64,000 nt of DNA. Origin: an uncultured Verrucomicrobiae bacterium. Lineage in GTDB: Bacteria; Verrucomicrobiota; Verrucomicrobiia; Limisphaerales; JAFGQR01. Under the pieces are notes generated by a model, which worked only from the letters and a program-made list of their open reading frames with translations, was not told where the DNA came from and did no database searches. Every line of letters begins with the position of its first letter. Position 1 is the stretch's first letter. This document shows, one piece after another, positions 12,001 to 19,492 of this stretch. The translations under genes and the position numbers were made by a program. The stretch covers positions 96,001 to 160,000 of the forward strand of contig CAWBHS010000022.1 of the NCBI GenBank assembly GCA_963788655.1, written 5' to 3'.

Positions 12001-15000
12001 GGTTTCGTTGATGGAAATGGAAATCGCGACGCTCGCGCTCACCGCGGCGCCACCATCGGACGTGGCTCCGGTCTTGGCCATGGTGGTCATGGTTTGACTC
12101 GAAGTGGCATTGAGCTTCATGTCGCGGAGTGTTCCGGTCAGTTGAGCAGCGTCTTCAATCTCGGCGCGAGTCATGGTGTCGGCGGCGATGTTCAGAGCCA
12201 GGGAGGCGCCTACGCCCACGTCGGAACCCGAGGCGCCACCGGTGGTCGTCGGCTGCGCGGAGGCGGTGTAAGTGGCAGTATTGGTCGCGGTCAACTCAAC
12301 GTCGCCACCCGCAATGATCACGGCAGCACCCGACTTGACCAAGGCTTCGGTGCGGTTCTTGACGATGTTGATGGCTAACGCGCCGGCGACCCCAACGTCC
12401 GAGGCGCCGGCACCGGACATGGCCGTAGCACTGAACGTGTGGGTGGCGTCGCCGGAACTCGTCATCACGGCTTCCAGTGCGAGGCTGCCGGCGTTGACAT
12501 TGGCGTTGCCAGCAATCGACGCTTCGTTCACCACTTCGGCATAGTTGATTGCCACGGCGGCACCGACACCCACGCCTGATCCGCCTTGGGCGGGACTGGC
12601 AAAGTTCGAGCCGCCGCCGGTGCTGCCCTGCACGGTGCTGGCGTTGGCTTGAGCCGAAGAGTCGGTATCGTTGCTGGCGCCGATCGCCAACGCGTTGCTG
12701 ACTTGGACCGTAATGCTTCCGGTTGTCGAAGCGTGGGAGGTTGAATTGGCCAGGTTCACCGCAATGGCCGCCGCCACACTGACGGTGCCATCGGAGGTTT
12801 CAGCGGAAGGCGTGTCGGTGGTGCCGGAATCCGCCACGCCGTTGTCCATCGCCTGTTGATCACCGTAATCGCGTTGGTTGCCGGTCTCCTGGTTGACGCC
12901 GTCAGCCGGGGCTTGCGAATTTTCTTTGGTGCCTTTGGCGCTGGCGGTTGCTTCGGCCTTGCTGGTGGCCGCGGAATGGGCGTTGACCGTAGCGCTGTCT
13001 CCGGCCGTTAGGGAACGAGCGAGAGTGGCCGTGACAGTGTCGTTGGCAATGTTCAACGCGAGGGACGCACCAACTGCCACGTCAGAGCCGGCCGCGGTGC
13101 TGTCAGCAGTCGAGGTGGTCGAAGCAGTGTGCGTTGCCGACAGGGTCAAGTCGCCGGACAAGCTCACGGCATTGCCAGTGCCCAGGCGGGCGGTCGTGGT
13201 ATTATTGGCGATAGTGATCGCGGCGGCGGCACTGACGCCGGTTCCGCCCTGCGATTCGGCGCCGGTACTGGCGGCCGTGGCCAAGGTATGATTGGCGGTG
13301 GCGGTGAGCGACAAATTGTCCGGAGTGCCATGAAGTTGAACCGTATCTTCGATCTCCGCCCGCGTGGTGTTCTCGGTAATGCTGAGCGCCACCGACGCGC
13401 CTACACCAACGTCTGAACCGGTGGCGCCACCTGCAGTTGTTGGCTTGGCGTTCACGGTGTGTTCTGATTGATTGACTGCCGTCAACTGGATATCGCCGCC
13501 GTTGACGGTCACCGATGTGCCCGATTCGATGATGGCTTCACTGGTATTGTTGACGATGTTGATCGCCAACGATCCCGCCACGCCGGTGTCGGTCGCGCCG
13601 GCACCGCTGGTGGCTTCGGCTTTGAACGTTTGCGTCGTGTCCCCGGAAACGTCCGTCATGACTGCTTCTTGGGAGAGACCACCCGCGCTGATAGTGCTAT
13701 TGGCACCGATGCTCGCTTCGTTGGTGGTTTCGACCCAGTTCAGCGCTACGGCCACGCCGACACCGGTCGTCGTGGCTTTGCCCGTAGCTTGGCCATCAGC
13801 CGTGGCGCTGGCGTCGGTCTGATTGGAAACGCTCAAGGTCAGCAGGCCACCCGCGATCACGTTGCCGTTGGCAGGAATCATGGCTTTCGCATTATTAAAT
13901 GCGAGATTCAAGGCGAGAGCGGCGCCAACGCTGACGGCCCCGTCGCTGGTTTCGGCGCTGGGGGCATCGGTGGTGCTGGTGCCGGCTTTGCCTTCGCCAA
14001 AACTCTTTTGGTCGGCGACCTGATCGTTGGCGGTGCTGTTGCCGGATTGGTTTTGTTCCTTGTCTTTTTCGGTGCCCTTGGCGCTGGCAGTGGCGCTGGC
14101 GCTGGTGGCCGCGCTCGCGTGGGCGGAGAACGTCACATCGCCGGCGGCGCTCAAGGCGCGATCCGTGGTGGCGGTGGTGGTGTCGGTCACCAGGTTCAGG
14201 GCCAGCACGGCGCCCACGGCTACGTCGGCACCCGCGGCTTCGCCAGTGGCAGTCGTCGTGGCACCGGCCGTGTGGGTCGCAGTCGCATTGAGTGAACCGC
14301 TCAAGGTCAAGCTTGCGCCCGTGCCCAAACGTGCCGTGGTGGTGTTCTGGGCCAAGGTAATGGCGACGGCGGCACTGACCGCCGTCCCGTCGCTCGATTC
14401 GGCGCCTGCTTGGGCGGTGGTGGTGAACGTGTGTTGACTCGTGGCGGTCAAGCTGAAGTCGTGCGCGCCGCTGACTGTCGCACCGTCGGCCAGTTCGGCA
14501 ATGGCGTCGTTGGCTGGCGCCAGATTCAACGCCACCGATGCGCCTACGCCTACGTCCGATCCGCTGGCGCCTCCGTCGCTTGTCGGCTGAGCGGTGGCGA
14601 TGTGCTCGGATTGGTTGACCGCGCTAAGGCTCACGTCGCTGCTGGTCAGTGTAATGGTAGAGCCACTCCCGATCAGCGCCCGGCTCCGATTGACCGGCAC
14701 CAGGTTCAACGCCAGTGAACCCGCCACTCCGGTGTCGGTCGCCGCGGCGCCACTGGTGGCTTCGGCTCGGAAGGTTTGGGTCGTGTCCCCGGAAACATCT
14801 GTCATCAACGCCTCCACCGTCATGTCGCCGGCGCTGATCGTGCTGTTGGCGCCGATGCTGGCTTCGTTGACTGTCTCCACCCAGTTCAACGCCACCGCCA
14901 CGCCCACACCGGTCGTTGTGGCCTTGCCCGCGGCCCGGCCATCGGCCACCGCTTGCGCATCGGTCTGGTTGCTGGCGCTCAAGCTCAACACTCCGGCGGC

Positions 15001-17904
15001 GGTCACGTTACCAGCGGCAGGAATCAACGCCTGGGAAGTGCTTTGCACCAGGTTCAAGGCCAATGCTGCCGCCACGGTTGTTGCTCCGTCGCTGGTCTCG
15101 GCGCTGGGGGCATTGGTGGTGCTGGTGCCGGCTTTGCCTTCGCCAAAACTCTTTTGATCAGCGACCTGATCGTCCGCGGTACTGTTGCCGGATTGGTTTT
15201 GTTCCTTGTCTTTCTCGGTGCCCTTGGCGCTGGCAGTGGCGGTGGCGCTGCTGATTGCGCTGGCGTGGCTGGCAAATGTCACATCACCGGCGGCGCTCAA
15301 TGCACGATCCGTGGTGGCGGTGGTGGTGGCGGTCACCAGGTTCAAGGCCAGCACGGCGCCCACTGCAACGTCCGTGCCGGCGGCTTCGCCACTGGCGGTG
15401 GTGGTCGCGCTGGCAGAATGGATGGCAGCAACTTCAGAATTGCCAGTGAGTGACAGCGCCGATCCGGTTCCCAATCGCGCCGTGGTTGAATTCTTTGTGA
15501 GCGTCGTGGCCACCGCCGCACTGACCGCCACGCCATCGCTGGCTTCGGCGCCGGTTTCAGTGGTCGTGGTGAAGGTGGATTGACTGGTGGCATTCAGCGT
15601 AAGATCGTTCGCTCCGGTTAAAGTGGCCCCGTCCGCCAATTCCGCCAGGGTTTCGTTGATGGGCACCAGATTGAGCGCGACAGAGGCCCCGACGCCCACG
15701 GTCGGATCTTCGCCCTGGGGAGGTTTCACGACGGGCTTGGCTTCGACGGTGCCGGCGGTCGTGTTGCTCGATATCAGACTGACATTGCCGCCATTGGCGT
15801 TGACGAAACTGCCGCTCTTGATCATTGCGTCATTACGATTGCTGAGGAAGTTGATCGCCAGAGCGCCGGCCACGCCCACGTCGGTCGCACCAGTGCCGGA
15901 GGTGGCTACGGCACTGAATGAATGTCCGGCGGAGGCGAGCGCCTCGATGGAAACGGTGTTGGCCGTAAGATCCAAGTTGCCGCTGAGATAAGCTTCATTG
16001 GTGGTGTCCGCGACGTTGATGGCCACGGCGACGCCGACGCCGGTGGTTGAATCTGCGGCAGTGCTGTCGGCGGTTGCGGACGAAGTAGTGGTGGAACGGG
16101 CCCGGACGCGGAGGTCATTGGTGGCCACGACGGGATTGGTGGTGGCGAGGAAGGCTTCGGTATGCCGGGTCAGGTCCGTAATGGCCAGGGCCCCCACGAC
16201 ATTGACCTGGCCGTCACTGGTTTCGGCGTTGTAATCGTTGAGCTTGGTTTGCGTGTCGGAATTATTGTCGGTCGCGCCGCCAATCGTGGATTTGGCAGTG
16301 GTTGAGATATCCTCCGTCGAACTCGCGTCAATCTGCACGTTGGCTGCGGAGATGGACGCGTTATTCTCGGCGAATGCCCGGGTTGTCGAGTTGACCAACG
16401 CAAACGCTAATGTTCCGCCGACGGTAGTATCGCCTCCAGCAGTGCCATCCGCCATGGTGGTGGCGATAATGTCGTTGTCAGCGGAGAGTGCCAAAGTGCC
16501 CCCCGCGAGGATTGTGGTGGTGTCGGAAAGGCGCGCCGTTGCGGCACTGTCAATCAAGGAGGTAGCCAAGGCAGCATCCACGTCTGAATCGCCTCCACTG
16601 GAAGCGGCCAGGGCATTCGCGGTAGTTTCAACCGTTGATTGCGCGGTAATCGTGACATTCCCCGCGGCGGTAATCTGCGAATTGCCGGTAACCGCCACCG
16701 AAGCAGTGGAATCAACGTCAATGACCGCCAACTCGGCCCCTTGCATATTGAGAAGGCCTTGGGCGGTTGCGTTGATCGTGCTGCTGGCCGTGAGGTTCAC
16801 ATTGCCAGCTTGAATCGTGGCACCGTCGAGCGTGATGGTGGCGCTCGCGCTGGCATCGGTGTCGGTTTTGGTTACGGACGCGTTCAGGCTCACATCGCCG
16901 GGGGTGAAACCGGAATCCGCTTGTGCCAGAAGACGTGCGCCAACGGCCAGGGAAATATCCCGGGCAGAAAGTGTGATATCGCCGGAGTCACCGGCCGACG
17001 CATCGGATAATGGATCCGAGCCCGCACCTAGATTGCGGCTGGATAATGTTGCCCCGCTAGCAACGGAAATAGTGGTGCCAGCTTCGATCGTCAGATTGTG
17101 CAGGTCTTTGCCTCCAATCGAACCACCTAGGGAAACTGAGCTTCCCGCGACCAAGGTCAAGTTGTCGGCGGTGCCATCGTCGTTGCCCGCGATGGTCGCC
17201 ACCGAGGTGATGGTGATGCTTCCCGTGGCTTCAATGCGGCGAGTGCCCACGATAATGACGGGTCCATCGTAGGTCAGATTACCCGTTACTTGAACATCCG
17301 AAGAAATCACCAGGGGTGAAGCCGCCAATGGCAAACCATTGTCGGTTGCAGCAAGCGCTGCTTCCAAGATTCCGCCGACACGTGAGTTTGCCGCAGCGCA
17401 GGCCGCTAGCTCAGACAACGCCGCTGGCGGAGCGTTGGCGACACGGAGTGAATCCGTGAGTTCCTGAACCATGACGTTCGAGGTTTCCGGGACCGAACTG
17501 CCGACGGACTGAGTGTTGGTTGGCTCGACGGAGCCAAGCGTCGGAGCAATTGGTTCGTTGACGGAAGACGTAGCTTGGACTTCGGCGGAGTCGGCTGGCA
17601 GAGCCTTCTCAGACTTATCGGAGGCTGCCGATGTTGCGGATTGTTCGCTTGGTGTGGCAGCTTCCCCGACCAAGCCATCAAAAACATCGCCCGCTTGCGT
17701 GCTGGGATCGTAAGTCAATTCCGAGGTTTCACTGTCAATGGTCTGAGCCTCGGCTGGGATAACCAGCATGGCGGCGGAAGGATCATCAGTGGTCAGGCTG
17801 GGAGCGGGGTGGGCAATCCCGTCGGCAGAAAGCAATACGCGAGGCTCCAGCGCTTCCAACAGGAACTGGCTGTTTCTGCTTCCAGTCTGAAATCCTCTAC
17901 CCAT
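1..17904 (-). CDS. Giant LEPR-xLL-domain, RTX-repeat surface/adhesin-like protein (>=5968 aa, 3' end outside window)
   Basis: ATG at 17904 gives MGRGFQTGSRNSQFLLEALEPRVLLSADG, with an in-frame TGA upstream at 17941-17943. The same frame reads VEGGDGNDIIHGTDSADVLIGGAGNDRIFGYAGNDTIDGG at positions ~123-1. The ORF track lists no stop-terminated ORF from this start, and spot translations at ~9500-9700 and ~800-2900 are in frame. Confidence 0.93.
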   Translation of the reverse strand, partial: MGRGFQTGSRNSQFLLEALEPRVLLSADGIAHPAPSLTTDDPSAAMLVIPAEAQTIDSETSELTYDPSTQAGDVFDGLVGEAATPSEQSATSAASDKSEKALPADSAEVQATSSVNEPIAPTLGSVEPTNTQSVGSSVPETSNVMVQELTDSLRVANAPPAALSELAACAAANSRVGGILEAALAATDNGLPLAASPLVISSDVQVTGNLTYDGPVIIVGTRRIEATGSITITSVATIAGNDDGTADNLTLVAGSSVSLGGSIGGKDLHNLTIEAGTTISVASGATLSSRNLGAGSDPLSDASAGDSGDITLSARDISLAVGARLLAQADSGFTPGDVSLNASVTKTDTDASASATITLDGATIQAGNVNLTASSTINATAQGLLNMQGAELAVIDVDSTASVAVTGNSQITAAGNVTITAQSTVETTANALAASSGGDSDVDAALATSLIDSAATARLSDTTTILAGGTLALSADNDIIATTMADGTAGGDTTVGGTLAFALVNSTTRAFAENNASISAANVQIDASSTEDISTTAKSTIGGATDNNSDTQTKLNDYNAETSDGQVNVVGALAITDLTRHTEAFLATTNPVVATNDLRVRARSTTTSSATADSTAADSTTGVGVAVAINVADTTNEAYLSGNLDLTANTVSIEALASAGHSFSAVATSGTGATDVGVAGALAINFLSNRNDAMIKSGSFVNANGGNVSLISSNTTAGTVEAKPVVKPPQGEDPTVGVGASVALNLVPINETLAELADGATLTGANDLTLNATSQSTFTTTTETGAEASDGVAVSAAVATTLTKNSTTARLGTGSALSLTGNSEVAAIHSASATTTASGEAAGTDVAVGAVLALNLVTATTTATTDRALSAAGDVTFASHASAISSATATASAKGTEKDKEQNQSGNSTADDQVADQKSFGEGKAGTSTTNAPSAETSDGATTVAAALALNLVQSTSQALIPAAGNVTAAGVLSLSASNQTDAQAVADGRAAGKATTTGVGVAVALNWVETVNEASIGANSTISAGDMTVEALMTDVSGDTTQTFRAEATSGAAATDTGVAGSLALNLVPVNRSRALIGSGSTITLTSSDVSLSAVNQSEHIATAQPTSDGGASGSDVGVGASVALNLAPANDAIAELADGATVSGAHDFSLTATSQHTFTTTAQAGAESSDGTAVSAAVAITLAQNTTTARLGTGASLTLSGSLNATATHTAGATTTATGEAAGADVAVGAVLALNLVTDTTTATTDRALSAAGDVTFSAHASAATSASATASAKGTEKDKEQNQSGNSTANDQVADQKSFGEGKAGTSTTDAPSAETSDGAVSVGAALALNLAFNNAKAMIPANGNVIAGGLLTLSVSNQTDASATADGQATGKATTTGVGVAVALNWVETTNEASIGANSTISAGGLSQEAVMTDVSGDTTQTFKAEATSGAGATDTGVAGSLAINIVNNTSEAIIESGTSVTVNGGDIQLTAVNQSEHTVNAKPTTAGGATGSDVGVGASVALSITENTTRAEIEDTVQLHGTPDNLSLTATANHTLATAASTGAESQGGTGVSAAAAITIANNTTTARLGTGNAVSLSGDLTLSATHTASTTSTADSTAAGSDVAVGASLALNIANDTVTATLARSLTAGDSATVNAHSAATSKAEATASAKGTKENSQAPADGVNQETGNQRDYGDQQAMDNGVADSGTTDTPSAETSDGTVSVAAAIAVNLANSTSHASTTGSITVQVSNALAIGASNDTDSSAQANASTVQGSTGGGSNFASPAQGGSGVGVGAAVAINYAEVVNEASIAGNANVNAGSLALEAVMTSSGDATHTFSATAMSGAGASDVGVAGALAINIVKNRTEALVKSGAAVIIAGGDVELTATNTATYTASAQPTTTGGASGSDVGVGASLALNIAADTMTRAEIEDAAQLTGTLRDMKLNATSSQTMTTMAKTGATSDGGAAVSASVAISISINETTARFGTGNPTTLTRDFGAAATHTGNVTTTADGEAAGADVAVGASLALNIINDTTFATVARDLDAGGAAMISSHASSSAMSDGKASAKGTDSSKTGSQDNSDQQVKAQKDHAENTGGTSSDDTPSAETSDGPVGVAATLALNIVIAQAEAALADNTSVIAAGQFTVSTSNNVDASANSNATTVKSSTGVGAAVAINYVEAVNAASIGNNASVNAQGVTVESVMTDVSGDTTHTITAEATSGAGAKDVGVAGSLALNLVNNRTEARILPGAAIALNGGDLIVRAVKTSSSVATAKPAEGGASGEDVGVGASAALNFAFATNDANATRAEIADTAQVNGTARDVTVSATFTTTVTTTAQTGSSGGTAVAAAVAISIEASDTTAHLGSGNTLNATGDLTVEAKHTAEVETSADGTTAATDVAVGASLVLAVVEEAAVANVARSVNAGGAVSIASRAITTSNATAKASAKGSKPDDKDADQQTSDQASFAGSDAVIPAVKGLLGNANNQSSDKTKSDSADVGVAAALSVNVVIVESTASVAANQTIEANGHFSLIASADVPATATADAIATDSDTSVGAAVALNIPNLTAEASIGTGVSVSAASITVQGLMGATDPNAYTERALAGSGAEETGVAGSISILVLTTSSQALVSDDASLNSAAGITVQAENEMELQNIAGAGVFSKGNVGVGASVAVNYIDNTTRASLGARVRADANDSLSVTANYSLAPVDIDIGINLDFDLFPLAIAVSGSLSDETSVAGSVVVTILSETTEATIGDDAQINVPVAPAQETGSSGRESAHFSAEERQSGLTSAATILGAPLPTQTVILSAVAYTRLVNAAGVVAIGSSVGVGASVEIGVLNQDTQATIGNGAAVHARDDISVQAQSENSITSLAANVSGGQSVGVSGAASVYVIDAETDAQVAGNATLDAGGNLTVSASNEAEIDLIAGGLGIGGDAGVGASNTTLVRDDTVQASIGGNAHLATGGNAGLAVTSISSEDIFTLAITGGGSATAGIAGSATVNTLTDTTHASIGAGTQVDAISAASDPSVMVRAEDDTKLISAAGGLGIGGTVGVAAGADVAVINKGTQAFIAHDVTVTADGDVQVLADSREDLASIAPGAAIGGSAAIMGSASVYVMTITTRAFIGDDPDDAVTPAGTTTVQANGNILISATDDTELDQIAGNIGGSAGVTAGAAAAVNLINKTIEAFVGDDTVITALGQTPGLNADTGQFTVSFVPDFINPANDVHSGNDTITFSAGHNFTTGDAVIYRNGGGADIGGLTNEDEYFVIVLDANTIQLAATKTDALAGTPIIDLDASVATGAQHSLSALGEVKAPPSTSGNSQNADANGDGQSELTDAALTGQRTASAQTQFFKGLAVTATNQDDIETIAVSGGFGVVGSVNIGGSVHILNVTTNAFIGDGARVNENNTGADSAQTVRVVAGNDYYHLGIGGVGAGGVVFAVAPGADVSVVTLNTQAHIGDDAHVQARRDVQVVAHADEDVLSITAGLAVSGAVSISGAVSVLTLDATTFAWIGDGAIVTADGNVLVSSRDDTQVNMIAASAGVGIYIGGGGHSVGVMILNKDTRSWIGASATVDAKGQAGDLTVFDGGITSSFSTENIRGVAVQSSSSEDVLNIAPAGGGGLFFGVAGGVTVTLIDSDTKAFIGALADINTDRSNVNNLQSVNVSAANAVDVLTIAGGHAVGIGALAGGVDIGRVENDTTASIGSGSNVHASRDVDVNALSLKDVNSFALSLGVGGVALAGSVSVWSLGSMFDPSYSDGANSANSLQGDANINAQTSDAFAGQEAEKTHSPISLQLGNYEDGSGNPSVATESTRQLGSGLQQATSAISGQAPTQQRVTNAVNTTTATPPGTSAFIDGSAVIVAGGDINVRALEDIGFDALAGGAVFGVVGIGASVVVADVSSNTLAYASGTLTANGDINVIAGLTSDLETTALAGQSGFVLLGAAVVVLKAEHTQIAFVAAGSSITQADTVNVDADRNETISATAGEAQLGAVVAGAAFTKVTAEGLTQAYLGDGVNVGQTQGQAVNDLSINATTNIEATGQAHAISVGIGSGAVNFADIEIAPDLRASIGANANVQVAHDVNVVSQSTADATAHLFRFQLGAAAFGLSLASAEIAPTLQTFIGANSNVTAGNNILLRAWHNFGPGGALAGKGAEAEAHAPVGGFLAANGTVPEATATADLNTEVSSGSTLHAGQDITLEAKAFNDAQADAYALSIGLVAWGSSKATATVGGTTAIHLNGSVTGANDLVLLAQGINTTHAVAEAASGGLLAGIGAEADARTTPNISTAIGSNSVVKVAGDISLTALSDADAYAEAPGAVFGLLARGETDADARVNATVSTAIGSNATINAGGNLTLQTAHNYDLLGNVLTGHGATADASATAGGLIGLEATRADASSTASVEAEVGAGTSVIAGGNVAITSRASHLANADADGRAFGVFGKGAAVADAAINDNNGAYLDDGVSAHAGGDFTIIAESTHNATSNTKARGAGLIGVSRADSGTSVDYETTVGVGDGAKVLASENLLFHALTSSNASADSDSNAAGLGASAHADADTSLSGTTTLAGRTLTKLGEGVTIEAGSAALLAEIALLHTKANSDTRARAVGADSEADANVDVNANAEVIVGQNNHLTGTDELALAATMGGLSGSATADAQCSIGFADANASLTFAPKSNVEVQDGSLLETRMLRVESTVVPASVTARASARANFLLGITFTSENRHYSPASTILFNANVIIYSGPDVEIEVDAAGTIVTDLGPGSPPRASVVGNTVVVADLANRLGSALFTSGSSSASLSGTATFQFETSFDHVTIINHSTKDLQIGNIEVFDRSQPIVQVLRLDRGGFQSTVNPHDNQCTILIENTANPSGALNDIVLAGFIDNPIGATLIHNAGGDILAGIGQSLETRQLEFTTTGGGLGTAATRLQAGLVKTDDLPVPSLLAEAQDSIYLQLNGILRDPRPDADLVVDLISIVSAAGEVDVNIGPGTINSQTPTGRIAVVLRSGPTLSGLLVDERFNPAVAVNGAANTIQFGYEHGFTPGERVIYNNGGDTSIGGLVDGEVYYVRVVNPTTIQLARSEVEALERVDTVIDPATQVDSDQETIDLGAPHGLADGDAIVYRNGGGTSVGGLVNGETYFVRVVDATTIKLAMTKEAALAVPRTFDPMPTVNSASDTINFGRAHGFTTGQPVRYLNGGGTSIGGLTNGTIYYAIKLDATTIQLAASQADALAGTPVFIDLNSDAATGTAHSFYAETVFDPAGAVNSTNDTINLGFEHRLVTGQAVLYRNGGGTSIGNLTDGTVYYVRVVDATTIQLAASQADAEAATPVIIDLNGSVATGTAHSLNADLFIDPVAQVNAATDTIDLGVAPVFNNGDPVLYRTNGGAPISGLTNNTIYFVRVVGPTSIKLALTQADAQTLPPTFDPASAVKSGAETIDLGYAHGLLTGQAVTYRNGGGSSISGLTDGVTYYAVVVNGTTIKLAATHADAVAAIPVIINLNGAVATGSAHSVAVEGIELDGSAASGTHSLKALQQIDPTLGVNSANDSINFGFDHGFSDGDAVTYRNGGGTSIGGLTNGVTYYVRVVNATTILLTATPAGGVIDLDGSVGSGTAHSLDVESIDLDASVATGSAHTISVEAFFNPAKAVDDARDVIDLGYAHGYATGQAVIYDTGGGSAIGGLTSDTVYYVIALGPNTIQLAASLADALAGTPVIDLDATLASGSKHNFRVALDPTVASGTAHTIRGDAIYLDDNGTITRILESDIARIQPEVTNTDVSALSLYRSTDLSAHNIVTLLAANSALHAYQINSETGDITVTLQDSAFEGEDLVLLEGSTVTAPQGAITLNVADDLDGSANRLIAAANAVTIRGDYGNADPLLGSVVDLRGDITGSSLTITTDEDDDTVNLANALANAPTTIRTFGGNDAILVGLAAVSETARDGAHTLNGGQGGMLRVEGGDGNDIIHGTDSADVLIGGAGNDRIFGYAGNDTIDGG
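830..2919 (-). repeat. Eight tandem ~75-100 aa protein repeats inside the giant ORF
   Basis: Consensus TI[DN][LF]GxxHGxxxGxxVxYxNGGGTSIGGLxxGxxYYVxVVxxTTIxLA occurs near 2870, 2645, 2425, 2145, 1865, 1650, 1320 and 1000, with a ninth isolated copy at ~8070-8310. Confidence 0.9.
9572..9641. repeat. REP-like GTAG palindrome doublet embedded in-frame in the giant CDS
   Basis: GTAGCAGCGGACGTGAGTCCGCTC (9572-9595) and its perfect reverse complement (9618-9641), with a 22-nt spacer. Confidence 0.9.
10450..16300 (-). repeat. About five tandem ~380-aa (~1.15 kb) macro-repeats in the giant ORF
   Basis: An AETSDG motif recurs near 16210, 15088, 13941, 12788 and 11612, and ASAKG[TS] near 15220, 14075, 12930, 11740 and 10605. 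DNA at 13991 matches 15137 (offset 1146 nt). Confidence 0.85.
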
Positions 17905-17997
17905 GAACCGCTTCGGCAAGAACTCCGCCGCCCGCCCAGGTCAGAAATCAATTGGGCAACGTAGTGGTCGTTGAGCTAACCTGAAATTATCAGCGAT

Positions 17998-18026
17998 CCT
18001 ATACCCTATTACCGCGGAGGCGTCAA
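17998..18026 (-). promoter_or_regulatory. Candidate sigma70 promoter of the giant gene
   Basis: Minus strand TTGACG-17 nt-TATAGG about 95 nt upstream of ATG 17904; the -10 element is imperfect. Confidence 0.3.
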
Positions 18027-18239
18027 TGTTTCTTTTGGATCTCATTAGGAACGCTCGACATTCCAGCTACCTCGAAGGGAGCACCTTCGATAGAATCGAC
18101 AGGAGTGGCGGTGCCGGGCGCATCGGAATTCCTTGTTAAGTTGCGGGCGACCCGGCAGCATAGCCGGCAAAACCAATGCAGTTACGAGCCAGCCGCAGAT
18201 TACGGCATTATTTGACAGGCACCTCGATGAATCCGGCGA

Positions 18240-19343
18240 ATGAAGATTAAGCGCATTGCGGTCCATCAAGTGGATTTGCCCTTGCACGAAGGCAGCTACA
18301 AATGGTCCGGTGGCAAATCCGTTACCGTGTTCGACAGCACGGTCGTGAGCGTGGAAACCGACGACGGCGTCACCGGTTGGGGTGAGGTGTGTCCCCTGGG
18401 GCCGGCTTACCTCCCGGCTTATGCGCAAGGTGTCCGCACGGGCCTGGCTGCGTTGGGCCCGCAACTTTTGGGCGAAGATCCACGGCAATTGGAGCGTTTG
18501 AACCGGCGCATGGAGGCGGCGCTTAAAGGCCATTCCTACGTGAAGTCCGCCCTCGATATTGCTTGCTGGGATGTTCTCGGACAGGCGGCGGGCCTGCCAG
18601 TGTGCGTGTTGCTCGGTGGCCGGTACGGAGAGGATTTCGGGTTGTATCGGGCCATTTCGCAAGAAGCGCCGGAAGCGATGGCCGGCCGGGTGGCCGGTTA
18701 CCGGGCCGAGGGTTATCGCCGGTTCCAACTTAAAGTGGGCGGCGATCCGGACACGGATATTGAGCGCATCCAGGCGGTTGCCGCCAAACTGCAAACGGGC
18801 GACAAGCTGATTGCCGACGCCAATACCGGTTGGTTGATGCACGAAGCAATGCGCGTGGTGGATGCGGTCCGCGACGTGGATGTCTATGTCGAACAGCCAT
18901 GCCTGAGCTATGAAGAATGCCTGTCCATCCGGCGTCATACGCACCGGCCGTTTGTGCTGGATGAAGTAGTCGATGGGATTGACATGCTGGTGCGCGCCAA
19001 AGCCGATCGGGCGTGTGACGTGGTGAACATCAAGATCAGCAAATTCGGCGGCTTGACTCGTGCCCGCCAAGCCCGCGACTTGTGCGTGGCGCTGGGCATC
19101 GCGATGACCATTGAAGACAGTTGGGGCGGCGACATCGTAACGGCCGCCATTGCGCATTTGGCGCACAGCACGCCGCCGGAATTCCTGTTCACGAGCACAG
19201 ACTTTAACAGTTATGTAACCAGGAGCATCGCCGAAGGCGCACCCCAGCGCGTGAACGGGCGTATGGCGGCTTCGACCGCGCCGGGACTTGGAATTCGTCC
19301 GCGGTTGGAAGCGCTGGGGAAACCGGTGCTCGAATTTTCCTGA
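18240..19343 (+). CDS. Enolase-superfamily (MLE subgroup) enzyme, cis-3-hydroxy-L-proline dehydratase-like
   Basis: 367 aa with [62 protein letters not shown] and IEDSWGGDI, closely resembling the cis-3-hydroxy-L-proline dehydratase family. Confidence 0.85.
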   Translation: MKIKRIAVHQVDLPLHEGSYKWSGGKSVTVFDSTVVSVETDDGVTGWGEVCPLGPAYLPAYAQGVRTGLAALGPQLLGEDPRQLERLNRRMEAALKGHSYVKSALDIACWDVLGQAAGLPVCVLLGGRYGEDFGLYRAISQEAPEAMAGRVAGYRAEGYRRFQLKVGGDPDTDIERIQAVAAKLQTGDKLIADANTGWLMHEAMRVVDAVRDVDVYVEQPCLSYEECLSIRRHTHRPFVLDEVVDGIDMLVRAKADRACDVVNIKISKFGGLTRARQARDLCVALGIAMTIEDSWGGDIVTAAIAHLAHSTPPEFLFTSTDFNSYVTRSIAEGAPQRVNGRMAASTAPGLGIRPRLEALGKPVLEFS

Positions 19344-19492
19344 CGCATAGTATGCAACAACAAACAATTTTACTGTCCATGAAGCAGGTAAGGCGACGTT
19401 ACTGCGCCGCCGTGACATCAGGGCTGAGCGGCAGATCAGTTCTACCAAGATCGTGGTCCCAAGGTGGGCGTAAGCGCGGGCGCGGACTGTTC

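Noticed and set aside
92..17964. Dozens of plus-strand ORFs (up to 745 aa) and short minus-strand ORFs in the track
   Set aside because: Antisense or out-of-frame shadows of the giant minus-strand gene, with no recognisable family motifs.
18045..19448. 467-aa minus-strand ORF
   Set aside because: Antisense shadow of the enolase-superfamily gene.
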